A stretch of DNA of 57,818 nucleotides, from IMG/VR virus record IMGVR_UViG_3300023214_000063, positions 1 through 57,818 of that record. One strand, written 5' to 3'. Under the pieces are notes generated by a model that had not been told where the DNA came from, did not search any database, and saw only the letters and a program-made list of their open reading frames with translations. Below are positions 9,531 through 18,857 of this stretch, piece after piece; the stretch's first letter is position 1; every line of letters begins with the position of its first letter. The position numbers and the translations under genes were made by a program. This stretch comes from a virus. Its lineage: Duplodnaviria > Caudoviricetes.

Positions 9531-9815
9531 GTGGAGTCGACCAGGCCAGAGCGGAAGCTACTGTGCGACGTCATCGAACGCGCATGGGACGACCTGAAGC
9601 TGCTTCGCCGGTATGACCGGCTCGCCCGTCGCCGCGAGCTGACGAAGTCCGAACGCAAGCTCTATCGCCAGGTGATGAAAGACGGCGGCGAGCAGCACCC
9701 CGCAGACTGGCTCCTGGGGGAAGACTGCCGCGCGCTCTGTCGGCTACTCCGGGTGCCGCACTGGCCCATCCGGCAGGGTGTCGAAGACCTGATATCGGGG
9801 GTGGACGCGCAGTAA
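9531..9815 (+). CDS. Hypothetical phage protein (possible transcription regulator)
   Basis: LLCDVIERAWDD...DWLLGEDCRALCRLL pattern seen in small phage proteins; GTG start assumed. Confidence 0.45.
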   Translation: MESTRPERKLLCDVIERAWDDLKLLRRYDRLARRRELTKSERKLYRQVMKDGGEQHPADWLLGEDCRALCRLLRVPHWPIRQGVEDLISGVDAQ

Positions 9816-9830
9816 ACACCGTGTATACTT
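9802..9830 (+). promoter_or_regulatory. Putative sigma70-type early promoter overlapped by a palindromic operator
   Basis: TGGACG (9802) - 16 bp - TATACT (9824). GTAAACA-N3-TGTATAC imperfect palindrome, 17/19 identical to 34264-34282. Confidence 0.6.
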
Positions 9831-9872
9831 GTTCGGGACAGGGAACCAGCCACCGAACACAGGGGTTCAGAC

Positions 9873-10169
9873 ATGGAAATGACGTGGACAGTTGGCCGAC
9901 GCGGCGTCGACAGCGACGACAGCGACGGCCGCAAGGTGTGGGGTCGGTTCGAATCGAACCAGGACGCCATCGACTTCCTGTATCAGCATGCGCAGGAAGG
10001 CCACTACCGGACGCGCGGCGAGCACACCGACTACATCGTCCTGGGTTACGACGACGCAGAAATCCAGGCGCTGGGGCTCGACTTCCAGGACGCGGACAGC
10101 TTCGCCGCAGAGTGTGGTCACCGGTGGGTTCAGGGCGTGTCGATGTTCGACTGGCAGGGGGTGTCCTGA
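9873..10169 (+). CDS. Hypothetical early protein
   Basis: 98 aa, first gene after the putative promoter, preceded by ACAGGGGTTCAGA. Confidence 0.6.
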   Translation: MEMTWTVGRRGVDSDDSDGRKVWGRFESNQDAIDFLYQHAQEGHYRTRGEHTDYIVLGYDDAEIQALGLDFQDADSFAAECGHRWVQGVSMFDWQGVS

Positions 10170-10441
10170 TGCAGTACGAACCGCACACGGCGAACTTCTA
10201 CCCCGACGACTACGCGCGCCTTCAGGAACTCGCGAAGGAAAGCGGCGTCGGGGTTTCCACCATCATCCGAAGCATCGTCCACGATGCCCTGAAGGGTGAC
10301 GACGCGGTCGCCGACGCGACCATCCGGGCGGACAAGTTGCAGCGCGCCATCGACCGCGCTGTGGTCAGTCTTACGAAGCACGACCTGGACTACTCCGCTG
10401 CTGCTCGCCGCGCCATCCGTCGCCGGGAGTTGAAGCGATGA
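10169..10441 (+). CDS. Ribbon-helix-helix DNA-binding protein
   Basis: YARLQELAKESGVGVSTIIRSIV is RHH-like; TGATG coupling at 10167-10171. Confidence 0.6.
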   Translation: MQYEPHTANFYPDDYARLQELAKESGVGVSTIIRSIVHDALKGDDAVADATIRADKLQRAIDRAVVSLTKHDLDYSAAARRAIRRRELKR

Positions 10442-12774
10442 CGTACCCGGAACTGATGGAAGCCGTCCAGGCGCTCGCGACCGTGTGCGACGGAGCCGCG
10501 ACGGAAGACGCCCAGGGGTTCAACGGGCTGGATACGGCGTTTGGCCGCAGCCTGGCCCGACAGGGGAGCTGGTCGAAGGCCCAGGCCGTGGCCGCCTACA
10601 AGATGCTGCGTAAGTACCGGAACACCCAGCTGCCCGGATTCGGCATCGACTACGACGCCATCCCTGACCCAGCCGAAACCGACCCCGACGCCGGACCGGA
10701 TGGCCCGCGCCCGACGGGTCACATCGTCATGGACGGCGAGCGCCTGGCGCTGTCGTTCGACTACGACCGCGAGCTGGTCGACCAGGTCCGCGCGCTCCAG
10801 GGCAGGAACTGGGACAGCTCGAAGCGCTGCTGGCTAGTGGACCCGACGTTCACGAACGTGCACGCCGTCTTCGAGCTGGCGCAGAACTCCGGCTGGGAAA
10901 TCGACGACGACGCCATGGCCGTCATGGAGCGGGTGTCCGAAGCCGGACCCAGTGACGAAGACCTGCCGCAGCCGAACATCCAGGTGGACCGGGACGACGA
11001 CGGCGAGCCCACCGGGTTCGTCATCAAGTTCGACTACGACCCGGCGCGGGTGGCGGAAGTGAAGTCGAACGTGACCGGCCGACGGTGGGACGGCGAGCGG
11101 AAGGTGTGGACGGCTCCCCTGTCGGAGCTGGCGGCGCGCGAGCTGGTCGCCGTGGCGAAGGCTACCGGCATGACGTTCGACGACGAAGCCGAAGACGTGG
11201 CCCGCACGCTGGTCGACAAGGCGGAAGCGCTCCAGGTCGCGTCGCGGCTCGAAGACGCAGAGCTGGAAGTCGACGGCCTGGGTGGCGAAGGCATGACCCT
11301 GATGCCGTTTCAGCGGGCTGGCGTGGCGTACGCGGCCAGCACGAAGCGCTGCATCATCGGCGACGAAATGGGCCTGGGCAAGACGGTCCAGGCCCTGGCG
11401 GCCATCCAGTACACCGACGGCTTCCCGGCCCTGGTCCTGTGCCCGGCGTCGGTGAAGCTGAACTGGGTGCGGGAAATCCAGAAGTGGCTGCCGGGCCGGA
11501 GCGTCGACTACCTGGCCGCGAAGGGCGAGCCCATGGGAACCCAGCCGGACCTGCTGGTGGTGAACTACGACCTGCTGTCGAACCTGAAGGGGAAGAAGTC
11601 GCCCGCGCTGAAGTCGCTGATGGACGCTGACTTCCAGTCGCTGGTCATCGACGAAGTCCACTACGCGAAGAACCCGAAGGCGCAGCGCACGAAGGCCGTG
11701 GCGAAGCTGGCCGACAACGTGCCGGACGACGGCCTGGTCCTGGGGCTGTCCGGAACTCCGATTAAGAACCGGCCCGTGGAGCTGGTCACGCCGCTGAAAA
11801 TCCTGGGGCACTTTGACCGGATGTTCGGCAGCTGGGTGTCCTACGTCCGTCGCTACTGCGCCGGGTACAAAGACAACTTCGGGTGGCAGGTGAACGGGTC
11901 GTCGAACCTGACGGAGCTGAACGAACGCCTGCGCGGCACCTGCATGATTCGTCGCCTGAAGCGTGACGTGCAGAAGGAACTCCCGGAAAAGGCGCGGCGC
12001 AAGGTGGCCGTGCCGATGTCGGACGCCAGCGAGTACCGGCGCGCGGAAGCTGACGTGGTGTCCTACTTCGCAGACCGGAAGGCCGCCGACTCCGACTTCC
12101 TGGAGTCCATCGCCCACCTGTCGCCGACGGAACAGCAGGACGCGAAGAAGAAGCGGCGCGCAGAGAAGAAGGCGAGCGCGGAACAGGCCGAAGCGCTGGT
12201 CCGGATTAACACCCTGCGCGAGCTGGTCGGCCGCCTGAAGCTGGACGCGGTCGTGGACTGGGTCCGTGACTTCATCGACGGGACGGACTCGAAGCTGGTG
12301 CTGTTCGCGCACCACATCAACGTCCAGTCCGGGCTGCTCCGCGAGTTCGAAGACGTGGCCGTAGCCATCCGTGGCGGCGACGCGGCGACGGCTCGACAGG
12401 AAGCCATCGACCGGTTCGTGGAAGACGACGACATCCGCCTGTTCGTCGGCTCCATCGGTGCTGCTGGCACCGGCGTGGACCTGCTCCAGCGTGCGGCGTC
12501 GGACGTGGCGTTCGTGGAATTCGCGTGGACGCCGGGCGACATGCAGCAGGCGGAAGACAGGGTGCATCGGATGGGCCAGGATTCGGACGCTGTGACGGTC
12601 TGGCACCTGGTCGCGGATGACACCATCGACGACTACATGCAGGAGCAGCTGGCCGAAAAGCAGGCCGTGCTGGACGCTGCCCTGGGTGACGGTGACGAAG
12701 ACGCCGCAGCGAGCGCGCGCGGCCAGTCGGTCATGCGGGCCGTGGTCGGTTCGCTACTGCAGAAGGGAGCCTGA
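10438..12774 (+). CDS. SNF2-family helicase with two HARP-like domains
   Basis: DEMGLGKT, VIDEVH, LSGTP and QAEDRVHRMGQ motifs. Two F-D-Y-D...(N/R)WD..K/R.W HARP-like repeats in the N-terminal part. Confidence 0.9.
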   Translation: MTYPELMEAVQALATVCDGAATEDAQGFNGLDTAFGRSLARQGSWSKAQAVAAYKMLRKYRNTQLPGFGIDYDAIPDPAETDPDAGPDGPRPTGHIVMDGERLALSFDYDRELVDQVRALQGRNWDSSKRCWLVDPTFTNVHAVFELAQNSGWEIDDDAMAVMERVSEAGPSDEDLPQPNIQVDRDDDGEPTGFVIKFDYDPARVAEVKSNVTGRRWDGERKVWTAPLSELAARELVAVAKATGMTFDDEAEDVARTLVDKAEALQVASRLEDAELEVDGLGGEGMTLMPFQRAGVAYAASTKRCIIGDEMGLGKTVQALAAIQYTDGFPALVLCPASVKLNWVREIQKWLPGRSVDYLAAKGEPMGTQPDLLVVNYDLLSNLKGKKSPALKSLMDADFQSLVIDEVHYAKNPKAQRTKAVAKLADNVPDDGLVLGLSGTPIKNRPVELVTPLKILGHFDRMFGSWVSYVRRYCAGYKDNFGWQVNGSSNLTELNERLRGTCMIRRLKRDVQKELPEKARRKVAVPMSDASEYRRAEADVVSYFADRKAADSDFLESIAHLSPTEQQDAKKKRRAEKKASAEQAEALVRINTLRELVGRLKLDAVVDWVRDFIDGTDSKLVLFAHHINVQSGLLREFEDVAVAIRGGDAATARQEAIDRFVEDDDIRLFVGSIGAAGTGVDLLQRAASDVAFVEFAWTPGDMQQAEDRVHRMGQDSDAVTVWHLVADDTIDDYMQEQLAEKQAVLDAALGDGDEDAAASARGQSVMRAVVGSLLQKGA

Positions 12775-12962
12775 TGAAGAACTACGAACCGCACGACCAC
12801 ATGTGCCCGTACTGTCGGAAGCGGAAGCCGTGCCTGGCTCCGCAGCGTGGAGACTTCTGCATCTTCCCCAGCAGCGACGACATGACGTGTCCTGGGTGCG
12901 CTGTTCGCCACGCTCGACAGGTAGACGACACCGTGCATACTCCCGGCACTGCCGGTTCCTAG
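12774..12962 (+). CDS. Small Cys-rich (Zn-binding) protein
   Basis: CPYC...CPGC, coupled start. Confidence 0.5.
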   Translation: MKNYEPHDHMCPYCRKRKPCLAPQRGDFCIFPSSDDMTCPGCAVRHARQVDDTVHTPGTAGS

Positions 12963-12981
12963 CTGACAGGGGTTCAGATTC

Positions 12982-13878
12982 ATGCCGCGCATTCCGTACG
13001 TACCGAAGGATTTTCAGGACAAGTCGCTGGCCGTCATCGGGGCTGCGAATCGCATCATCGACGACTACCAGGCGCAGGGCATGCGCCTGACGCTCCGGCA
13101 GCTCTACTACAGGTTCGTGGCTGCGGACCTGCTGCCGAACAATCAGCGGAGCTACAACCGGCTGGGCTCCATCATCAATGACGCCCGGCTGGCTGGCCTG
13201 GTCGACTGGGACGCCATCGAAGACCGTGGCCGGAACCGGCTGGCGCTGCAGCACTGGAAGAACCCGCAGTCCATCCTGCGGTCCGCTGCGTCCGGCTTCG
13301 ACATGGACCACTGGGAAGACCAGGATGTCCGCGTGGAAGTGTGGGTCGAAAAGCAGGCCCTGGAGTCGGTCGTGTGGGACGCCGCGTCCGCCTGGGACGT
13401 GCCCGTCTTCGCGTGCAAGGGGTACACGTCGCAGTCCGAAATGTGGCGGGCGGCGCAGCGCTTCCGGCAGCACCGGCAGGCTGACCAGCGGGTCGTCATC
13501 CTTCACCTGGGTGACCACGACCCGTCCGGCATCGACATGACCCGCGACATCCGCGAGCGCCTGAACGACGTGTTCCGGGTCCGGGTCACCGTCGACCGCA
13601 TCGCGCTGAACATGGATCAAATCGAGCAGTACGACCCACCACCGAACCCGGCGAAGCTGTCGGACTCCAGGGCCAGGGACTACATCGCCAGGTACGGGCG
13701 GTCGTCCTGGGAGCTGGACGCGCTGGAGCCCGCCGTGATGCGCGAGCTGATCCAGGACCACATCATCGACCTGGTGGACGTGGGTAAGTACGAAGACGTG
13801 GACGAACAGGTCGCCGAAGACCAGAAGGCGCTGCGTCGCGTAGCGGACGACTGGGAAGACCTGACGGGCGAGCTGTAA
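12982..13878 (+). CDS. Topo VI-A/Spo11-like TOPRIM domain protein
   Basis: LTLRQLYY, VWVEK and LGDHDPSG motifs. Confidence 0.75.
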   Translation: MPRIPYVPKDFQDKSLAVIGAANRIIDDYQAQGMRLTLRQLYYRFVAADLLPNNQRSYNRLGSIINDARLAGLVDWDAIEDRGRNRLALQHWKNPQSILRSAASGFDMDHWEDQDVRVEVWVEKQALESVVWDAASAWDVPVFACKGYTSQSEMWRAAQRFRQHRQADQRVVILHLGDHDPSGIDMTRDIRERLNDVFRVRVTVDRIALNMDQIEQYDPPPNPAKLSDSRARDYIARYGRSSWELDALEPAVMRELIQDHIIDLVDVGKYEDVDEQVAEDQKALRRVADDWEDLTGEL

Positions 13879-13886
13879 GGGGGGGG

Positions 13887-14102
13887 GTGAAGTTGAAGCT
13901 GAACGCGGACGTTCTGCGGCGCTGGCGCTGCGAGCACCTACCGGAGCACCTGGGGCAAGAATCGGTCAGCCAGACCGAAGCCGCAGCGCGCGTCGGGGTG
14001 ACGAAGCAGAGCTGGTATCGCTGGGAAAAAGGCTGGACCATCAGCGAGCCGTACCAGCGGCTGATACTGATGGCCATGCAGGCAACGGGGTTCAAGGCAT
14101 GA
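13887..14102 (+). CDS. XRE-family HTH protein
   Basis: SQTEAAARVGVTKQSWYRWEKG. Confidence 0.8.
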   Translation: MKLKLNADVLRRWRCEHLPEHLGQESVSQTEAAARVGVTKQSWYRWEKGWTISEPYQRLILMAMQATGFKA

Positions 14103-14965
14103 ACGAACAGGGGTTCTTCAACTGGCTGGAACGGAGCGGGCAGTACAGCCCGAACACGGCGCGGTCCTACCGGACATCGGTGCAGCGCTTCCTGGACAAC
14201 GTGGGCGACCCGCTAGCCGTGACGCGAGACGACGTCCAGGCGTGGCTGCTTCAGCTGCAGGACGACGGCCTGACGGCCCGCAGTGCCATCGCCAGGCTGG
14301 CGGGCGTTCGGTGCCTGTACGACTGGCTGGTGAACGAAGCGTGCGAGCTGGACGTTAGCCCGGCCGCGCGCATCCGGAAGCCGAAGGTGGGCCAGCGCCT
14401 GCCGCACCCGCCGACGGTGGAACAGGTGGACGACCTGCTGTCGACCATGGCATCAGACCGGTCTGCGCTCGCGGCTCGCGACCTGGCGTTCTTCGAGCTG
14501 CTGTATGGGGCAGGGCTCCGCATCAGCGAAGCCATCGGCCTGAACACGGGCGACTACGACGGCGAGTCGGTGACGGTCATCGGGAAGGGTGACCGGGAGC
14601 GCATCGTGCCCACGGGGCAGTCCGCAGCCATGGCCCTGAACCGCTGGCTGAACGACAAGCCGTACGACCAGGCCGCGCCCATCTTCACGAACCAGCAGGG
14701 TGACCGGGTGACGGCGCGCACGATGCGGCGACGGCTCGCGGAATGGCTGGAGCTGGCCGGGCTCGACAGTGACGCCATCACGCCGCACACCCTGCGGCAC
14801 GCCTGCGCGACCCACATGCTGGAAGCGGGCGCGGACATCCGGGTGGTCCAGGAACAGCTGGGCCATCAGAGACTCGAAACTACAGCGCTCTACGCGCATG
14901 TCAGTAAGAAGCTGCTGCGCGAGCGGCACGCGAAGACACACCCCAGGGGCCGGGTGTCGAAATGA
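14099..14965 (+). CDS. XerC/D-like tyrosine recombinase
   Basis: SAM-like N-domain (SPNTARSY), GLRISE, GKGDRER, HTLRHACATH and LGH..LETTALY catalytic motifs. 288 aa with no arm-binding domain. Confidence 0.92.
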   Translation: MNEQGFFNWLERSGQYSPNTARSYRTSVQRFLDNVGDPLAVTRDDVQAWLLQLQDDGLTARSAIARLAGVRCLYDWLVNEACELDVSPAARIRKPKVGQRLPHPPTVEQVDDLLSTMASDRSALAARDLAFFELLYGAGLRISEAIGLNTGDYDGESVTVIGKGDRERIVPTGQSAAMALNRWLNDKPYDQAAPIFTNQQGDRVTARTMRRRLAEWLELAGLDSDAITPHTLRHACATHMLEAGADIRVVQEQLGHQRLETTALYAHVSKKLLRERHAKTHPRGRVSK

Positions 14966-15180
14966 TCGAAGCGACCAGGCCCGCCCACTGGACCGACGAC
15001 CCGACGCGGTACGACGTGGAGTGCGACAACTGCGGGACGGTGGAGTCCTACGACGTGGACGACTGGTCAGAGCTGATGGAAGCCATGAAGGCAGACGGCT
15101 GGCTGGTCAAGCCGAAGGAATCACAGGTGGCAGGTGAACAAACTTTCGTTCACATCTGCCAGGAATGCAGGGGGCAGTAA
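14962..15180 (+). CDS. Small Zn-ribbon-like protein
   Basis: CDNC...GW...HICQEC. Confidence 0.6.
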   Translation: MIEATRPAHWTDDPTRYDVECDNCGTVESYDVDDWSELMEAMKADGWLVKPKESQVAGEQTFVHICQECRGQ

Positions 15181-16173
15181 GTGACCGACGAACCAGATCG
15201 CGACGAAGAACAGCAGGTCGACAGCCTGGGCCTGACCCATCACCTGTCAGCGTCCCGCATGGGGATGTACCTGCGCTGTGGGATGCAGTACGCCTACCGC
15301 TACGTGGAAGGGCTGAAGGAACCGCCCGGTGTCAGCATGGCCTACGGCCGCGCCACCCACGAAACGCTGGCTTACGAACACAAGGAACAGATGCAGCGGG
15401 AGCTGCCATCAGCGGGGGAAGTCCGGGACTTCTTCGACAACCAGGTGGACCAGCACTTCGAGGAAATCGACCTGCGCCATCCGACGAACCAGGATTCACG
15501 CGGGAACCCGAAGTGGACGCGCGACGACGCGCACGACGCTGGCGGCCGGGCGCTCGCGGCGTACACGGAAAAGGTGGCTCCGGCTATCGAGCCGGTCACG
15601 GTCGAAGAACCGTTCAGCATCGACCTACCGGGCGGCGTGAAGCTGGTGGGGGCCATCGACCTGCGGGACAGCTCCCGCACCGTCATCGACCACAAGTCAG
15701 GGAAGAAGTCACCGATGGGGAACGCGGCTGCGTCGTCCGACCAGCTGACGATGTACGCCCTGCCGGACCTGGCCGACACAGCGCGCGAGCTGTACGAAGA
15801 CGGCATGACCGATGCCGACCTGGACGACGCGATGGGGAAGCACGGCCCGGTGGTCGAAGTGGCGCTGAACCACCTGACCGCGCTGAAGACGAAGTCGAAG
15901 CTGACGTGGCTTCCGTCAGCCCGGACGTGGCGCTCCTGGCGGACGCTCCAGCAGAAGGTCGTGCGGGTGGCGCACGGTATCCGGAATGAGAACTGGCACC
16001 CGGCACCGGAGTTCGCCTGGTGGTGCAGCGAGCGTAGCTGTGGGTTCTGGAACATCTGCCCACACGGCGCGAACGAAGTGCACCGGGTCATGTCGCCGCT
16101 GCATCAGATTGAAGTGGCGAAGCCGAAGGCGGCGAAGAAGAAGGCGGCGAAGAAGAAGGCGGCGAAGAAGTGA
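15181..16173 (+). CDS. PD-(D/E)XK RecB/Cas4-like exonuclease
   Basis: HLSASRM...C, GAID, IDHKSG, QLTMY and C-terminal C..C...C cluster; Lys/Ala tail. Confidence 0.85.
   Translation: MTDEPDRDEEQQVDSLGLTHHLSASRMGMYLRCGMQYAYRYVEGLKEPPGVSMAYGRATHETLAYEHKEQMQRELPSAGEVRDFFDNQVDQHFEEIDLRHPTNQDSRGNPKWTRDDAHDAGGRALAAYTEKVAPAIEPVTVEEPFSIDLPGGVKLVGAIDLRDSSRTVIDHKSGKKSPMGNAAASSDQLTMYALPDLADTARELYEDGMTDADLDDAMGKHGPVVEVALNHLTALKTKSKLTWLPSARTWRSWRTLQQKVVRVAHGIRNENWHPAPEFAWWCSERSCGFWNICPHGANEVHRVMSPLHQIEVAKPKAAKKKAAKKKAAKK
16126..16170 (+). repeat. Perfect 3x15 bp tandem repeat encoding KAAKK
   Basis: (AAGGCGGCGAAGAAG)3. Confidence 0.9.
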
Positions 16174-16493
16174 ACCTACGCGAGCCAGCCCAGGTCGTGG
16201 TTCCGGACCACGTACTGCCACGGCTGGAAGGGTGCATCGTCGTCGGCTGGTGGAACTTCCACCACCACACGGAGCTGCACATCATCCAGCGTGGCCGGTG
16301 CTGGCATCGCGACGCGCCCGACGTCGTCACTACTCGCGTCGTCAGGCACGTCAGGCTGAACAAGCTGACGGCCATGGACCGCGAGCGCTACGGCCTGGGC
16401 GACATGCGCAGGGCTATGAAGTACCTGGGAACCGACGACTACACATCGAAAATCACCATCTTGAAGTGGGGCACCGATGCCGAAGCGGACTGA
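16170..16493 (+). CDS. Hypothetical protein
   Basis: 107 aa, overlapping start/stop with neighbours. Confidence 0.55.
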   Translation: MNLREPAQVVVPDHVLPRLEGCIVVGWWNFHHHTELHIIQRGRCWHRDAPDVVTTRVVRHVRLNKLTAMDRERYGLGDMRRAMKYLGTDDYTSKITILKWGTDAEAD

Positions 16494-18183
16494 CTCTGGC
16501 GGCCTGAAGTTCACGGAAAAGGAAACGAAGATGATTCGCCGCAAGTGCGAGGAACGCGCGCGCGGCACCGTGTTCACAGACAGCCAGTTCGACGAATTCA
16601 TCTACGCGGCAGAGCAGAAGGGGCTGGACCCGCTGCTGAACCAGATTTACCTGGACGTCCGGACGTCGGACGGCAGGGTGTACGCGGCCCACATCACCGG
16701 CATCGACGGCTTCCGGATGCTCGCGGAGCGGACGGACAAGTACGCACCAGGGCGTGACCCGGAGTACACGTTCTACGACCTGGAAGACGCGCCCACGAAG
16801 AAGGTGCGCAGCGTTATCGAGTCGGGCGGCCAGGTGCCGAAGTCGGCCACGGTCTTCGCCATGAAGATGACCCCCGACGGGACGTGGCACGAATCCAGGT
16901 TCACGACCTACTGGACGGAGTATTACCCAGGCGACAATCGCTCCGGCTTCATGTATCGGAAGTTCCCCACGGTGATGCTGGCGAAGACGGCGGAAGCGCA
17001 GCTACTGCGCCGGATGTTCCCTGCAGAGACGGCCGGACTTTACGTTCCCGAAGAACTCATGCAGGACACGGCCGACGGTGGTGGTGCCGGTACGGGCTCG
17101 CGACCGGCCGCGCCTTCGATGCCCGGTGGAACCGGTGGGCTGGGGCTGGAAAAGTCGAGCACCAGGACCGGAGCGGAAGACGTGCCGGAAGTCGGCCGCT
17201 CGAAGAAGAAGAAGGAACAGGGGCCGGAGCCGGAGCCGGACGACCAGGCCAGCGACTTCGAACAGGTGGCCGGGGTGTCGGGCGACCGTCCCGCCATCGA
17301 CGTCGTCCGCGAGCTGGACGGGATGACCGGGAAGAACCTGCAGCAGCAGGCCATGTACGTGCTGCTGACGGTGCAGCTCGAAGTGGAGCGCCTGGCCCAC
17401 GAAAAGGATGTGGCGTCGAAGCTGGACGACGAAGCCTGGGTGGCCACGGCGATGTCGAAGCGCCTGCGGCACTGGTCGCGCATGGACAACGGCGACCCGT
17501 CAGTCCATAACGTCGACCACCTGGCAGAGCTGACGACGAAGGGAAGCAAAGCGGTCACCATCTGCTACGGGAAGCTGAAGAAGGCGGACCCGCTGGGGCT
17601 GCGTCCAGGCGACGACGAAGAAGAAACGCCTGAGACGGCCCAGGACGCGCCGGAGTCGGAAGACGACCAGACACCCGCGCAGGAGCCGGACGACGAAGCA
17701 GGCGACGCTGACGGGAACGACGCGGGCGCGGAAGACGACAGCGGCGACCTACAGCTGGAGCCCACGCCAGGCCCGGCTGACGAAGCTATCGAGCGCGCCG
17801 AAAAGGAAGGGGTGGGGGAAGACCTGCTGCGGTCAGCCATCCAGTACCAGTTCCGGGCGCGGAAGTGGGCGTCTTCGCTGTGGCAGCTGGCGCTCGAAAA
17901 CTGGGACGACGTCATCCGGGAAGCGCAGCGACGGATACCGACCGACGACGATGCGAAGTCAGCCGCCCGGTACAACGTGGAAGAAACCCGCGAAGCCGTC
18001 GCCGAAGAAGCGGAGCGGCTGGGCGTCAACCTGGGCGACTTCGTGGACGCCGCAAAGGAATTCTGCGGCCTGTCGGACCGGAAGAAGATGACGAAGGTGT
18101 ACTGCCTGCTGGCGGTCCGGATGTCGGAAGACATCGTGGACTGGGCCGGGCTCGCGGGTGACGCCGAAGACGAACAGGAGTAG
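16477..18183 (+). CDS. RecT/Bet-like single-strand annealing protein with long acidic extension
   Basis: GLDPLLNQIY, GIDGFRMLAERT, P.VMLAK.AE..LRRMFP and GLY..EE motifs; located near the exonuclease. Confidence 0.82.
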   Translation: MPKRTDSGGLKFTEKETKMIRRKCEERARGTVFTDSQFDEFIYAAEQKGLDPLLNQIYLDVRTSDGRVYAAHITGIDGFRMLAERTDKYAPGRDPEYTFYDLEDAPTKKVRSVIESGGQVPKSATVFAMKMTPDGTWHESRFTTYWTEYYPGDNRSGFMYRKFPTVMLAKTAEAQLLRRMFPAETAGLYVPEELMQDTADGGGAGTGSRPAAPSMPGGTGGLGLEKSSTRTGAEDVPEVGRSKKKKEQGPEPEPDDQASDFEQVAGVSGDRPAIDVVRELDGMTGKNLQQQAMYVLLTVQLEVERLAHEKDVASKLDDEAWVATAMSKRLRHWSRMDNGDPSVHNVDHLAELTTKGSKAVTICYGKLKKADPLGLRPGDDEEETPETAQDAPESEDDQTPAQEPDDEAGDADGNDAGAEDDSGDLQLEPTPGPADEAIERAEKEGVGEDLLRSAIQYQFRARKWASSLWQLALENWDDVIREAQRRIPTDDDAKSAARYNVEETREAVAEEAERLGVNLGDFVDAAKEFCGLSDRKKMTKVYCLLAVRMSEDIVDWAGLAGDAEDEQE

Positions 18184-18185
18184 CC

Positions 18186-18437
18186 ATGTCGGAAGGCGCG
18201 GTATTGAAATCAAAGCGCAGCGACGGGAGCGGTCTGGATGTCGTGGACCACCCGGAGCGTGGCGTGCTGGAAATCCAGGGCGTGAAGTACAGCTATCAGC
18301 TGTTCGCTGCCCTGGGCGTCGGGGGCCTGAATCCAGGCCGACTGTTCACCGTTCTGCAGCGTGAAGATGGAACCGTAACGCTGCTGGATTTCGCACAGCT
18401 GGACGACACGATGGTGTCCCGGCTGCGCGGCAAGTAG
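18186..18437 (+). CDS. Hypothetical protein
   Basis: 83 aa with AGGAG RBS. Confidence 0.55.
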   Translation: MSEGAVLKSKRSDGSGLDVVDHPERGVLEIQGVKYSYQLFAALGVGGLNPGRLFTVLQREDGTVTLLDFAQLDDTMVSRLRGK

Positions 18438-18486
18438 ATGAAGGGGGAGCCGATGAAGCGGAACATGTCCCCTGCCTTCGGTCAAC

Positions 18487-18750
18487 GTGACCGAAGCGAT
18501 GCTGTACGCAGTGCGCCCAGGGGAAAAGGTGCTGGTGCGCGAACTGCGGGACCACGTCGCGGAACGCATCGTGGACCTGATGCACGAACTGGACGCGGAA
18601 GGCCGAAAGGCCAGGAAGAAGACGGAGCTGGCGGAAGTCGAAGCGCTCGAACAGCGGCTGGCGGAACGCCGGAAGCAGCTGGAGCTGGACGACGGCGACC
18701 AGGAGCCGAAGCCGAAGAAGAAGACGAAGAAGAAGTCCACGAAGAAGTAG
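18487..18750 (+). CDS. Hypothetical coiled-coil protein with Lys-rich tail
   Basis: Ends in KPKKKTKKKSTKK. Confidence 0.55.
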   Translation: MTEAMLYAVRPGEKVLVRELRDHVAERIVDLMHELDAEGRKARKKTELAEVEALEQRLAERRKQLELDDGDQEPKPKKKTKKKSTKK

Positions 18751-18837
18751 GGATGGCCGCCCACGTCGGGAGCTAACACCCTGAGTCGCGCGCCTTACGG
18801 GCGTGCACCCCGCTGCCGACGTGTGGCGGCCTGTCCC
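18750..18837 (+). other. Long intergenic stem-loop (structured RNA or processing site)
   Basis: GGGAT-GGCCGCC-CACGTCGG pairs with CCGACGTG-T-GGCGGCC-T-GTCCC; apical stem GCGCGCC/GGGCGTGC. Confidence 0.6.
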
Positions 18838-18857
18838 GCTACTGCTGGAACAAAGGG

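Noticed and set aside
15181-16173. Cas4 or a CRISPR system
   Set aside because: No repeat-spacer array or other cas genes; context next to RecT/Bet indicates a recombination exonuclease.
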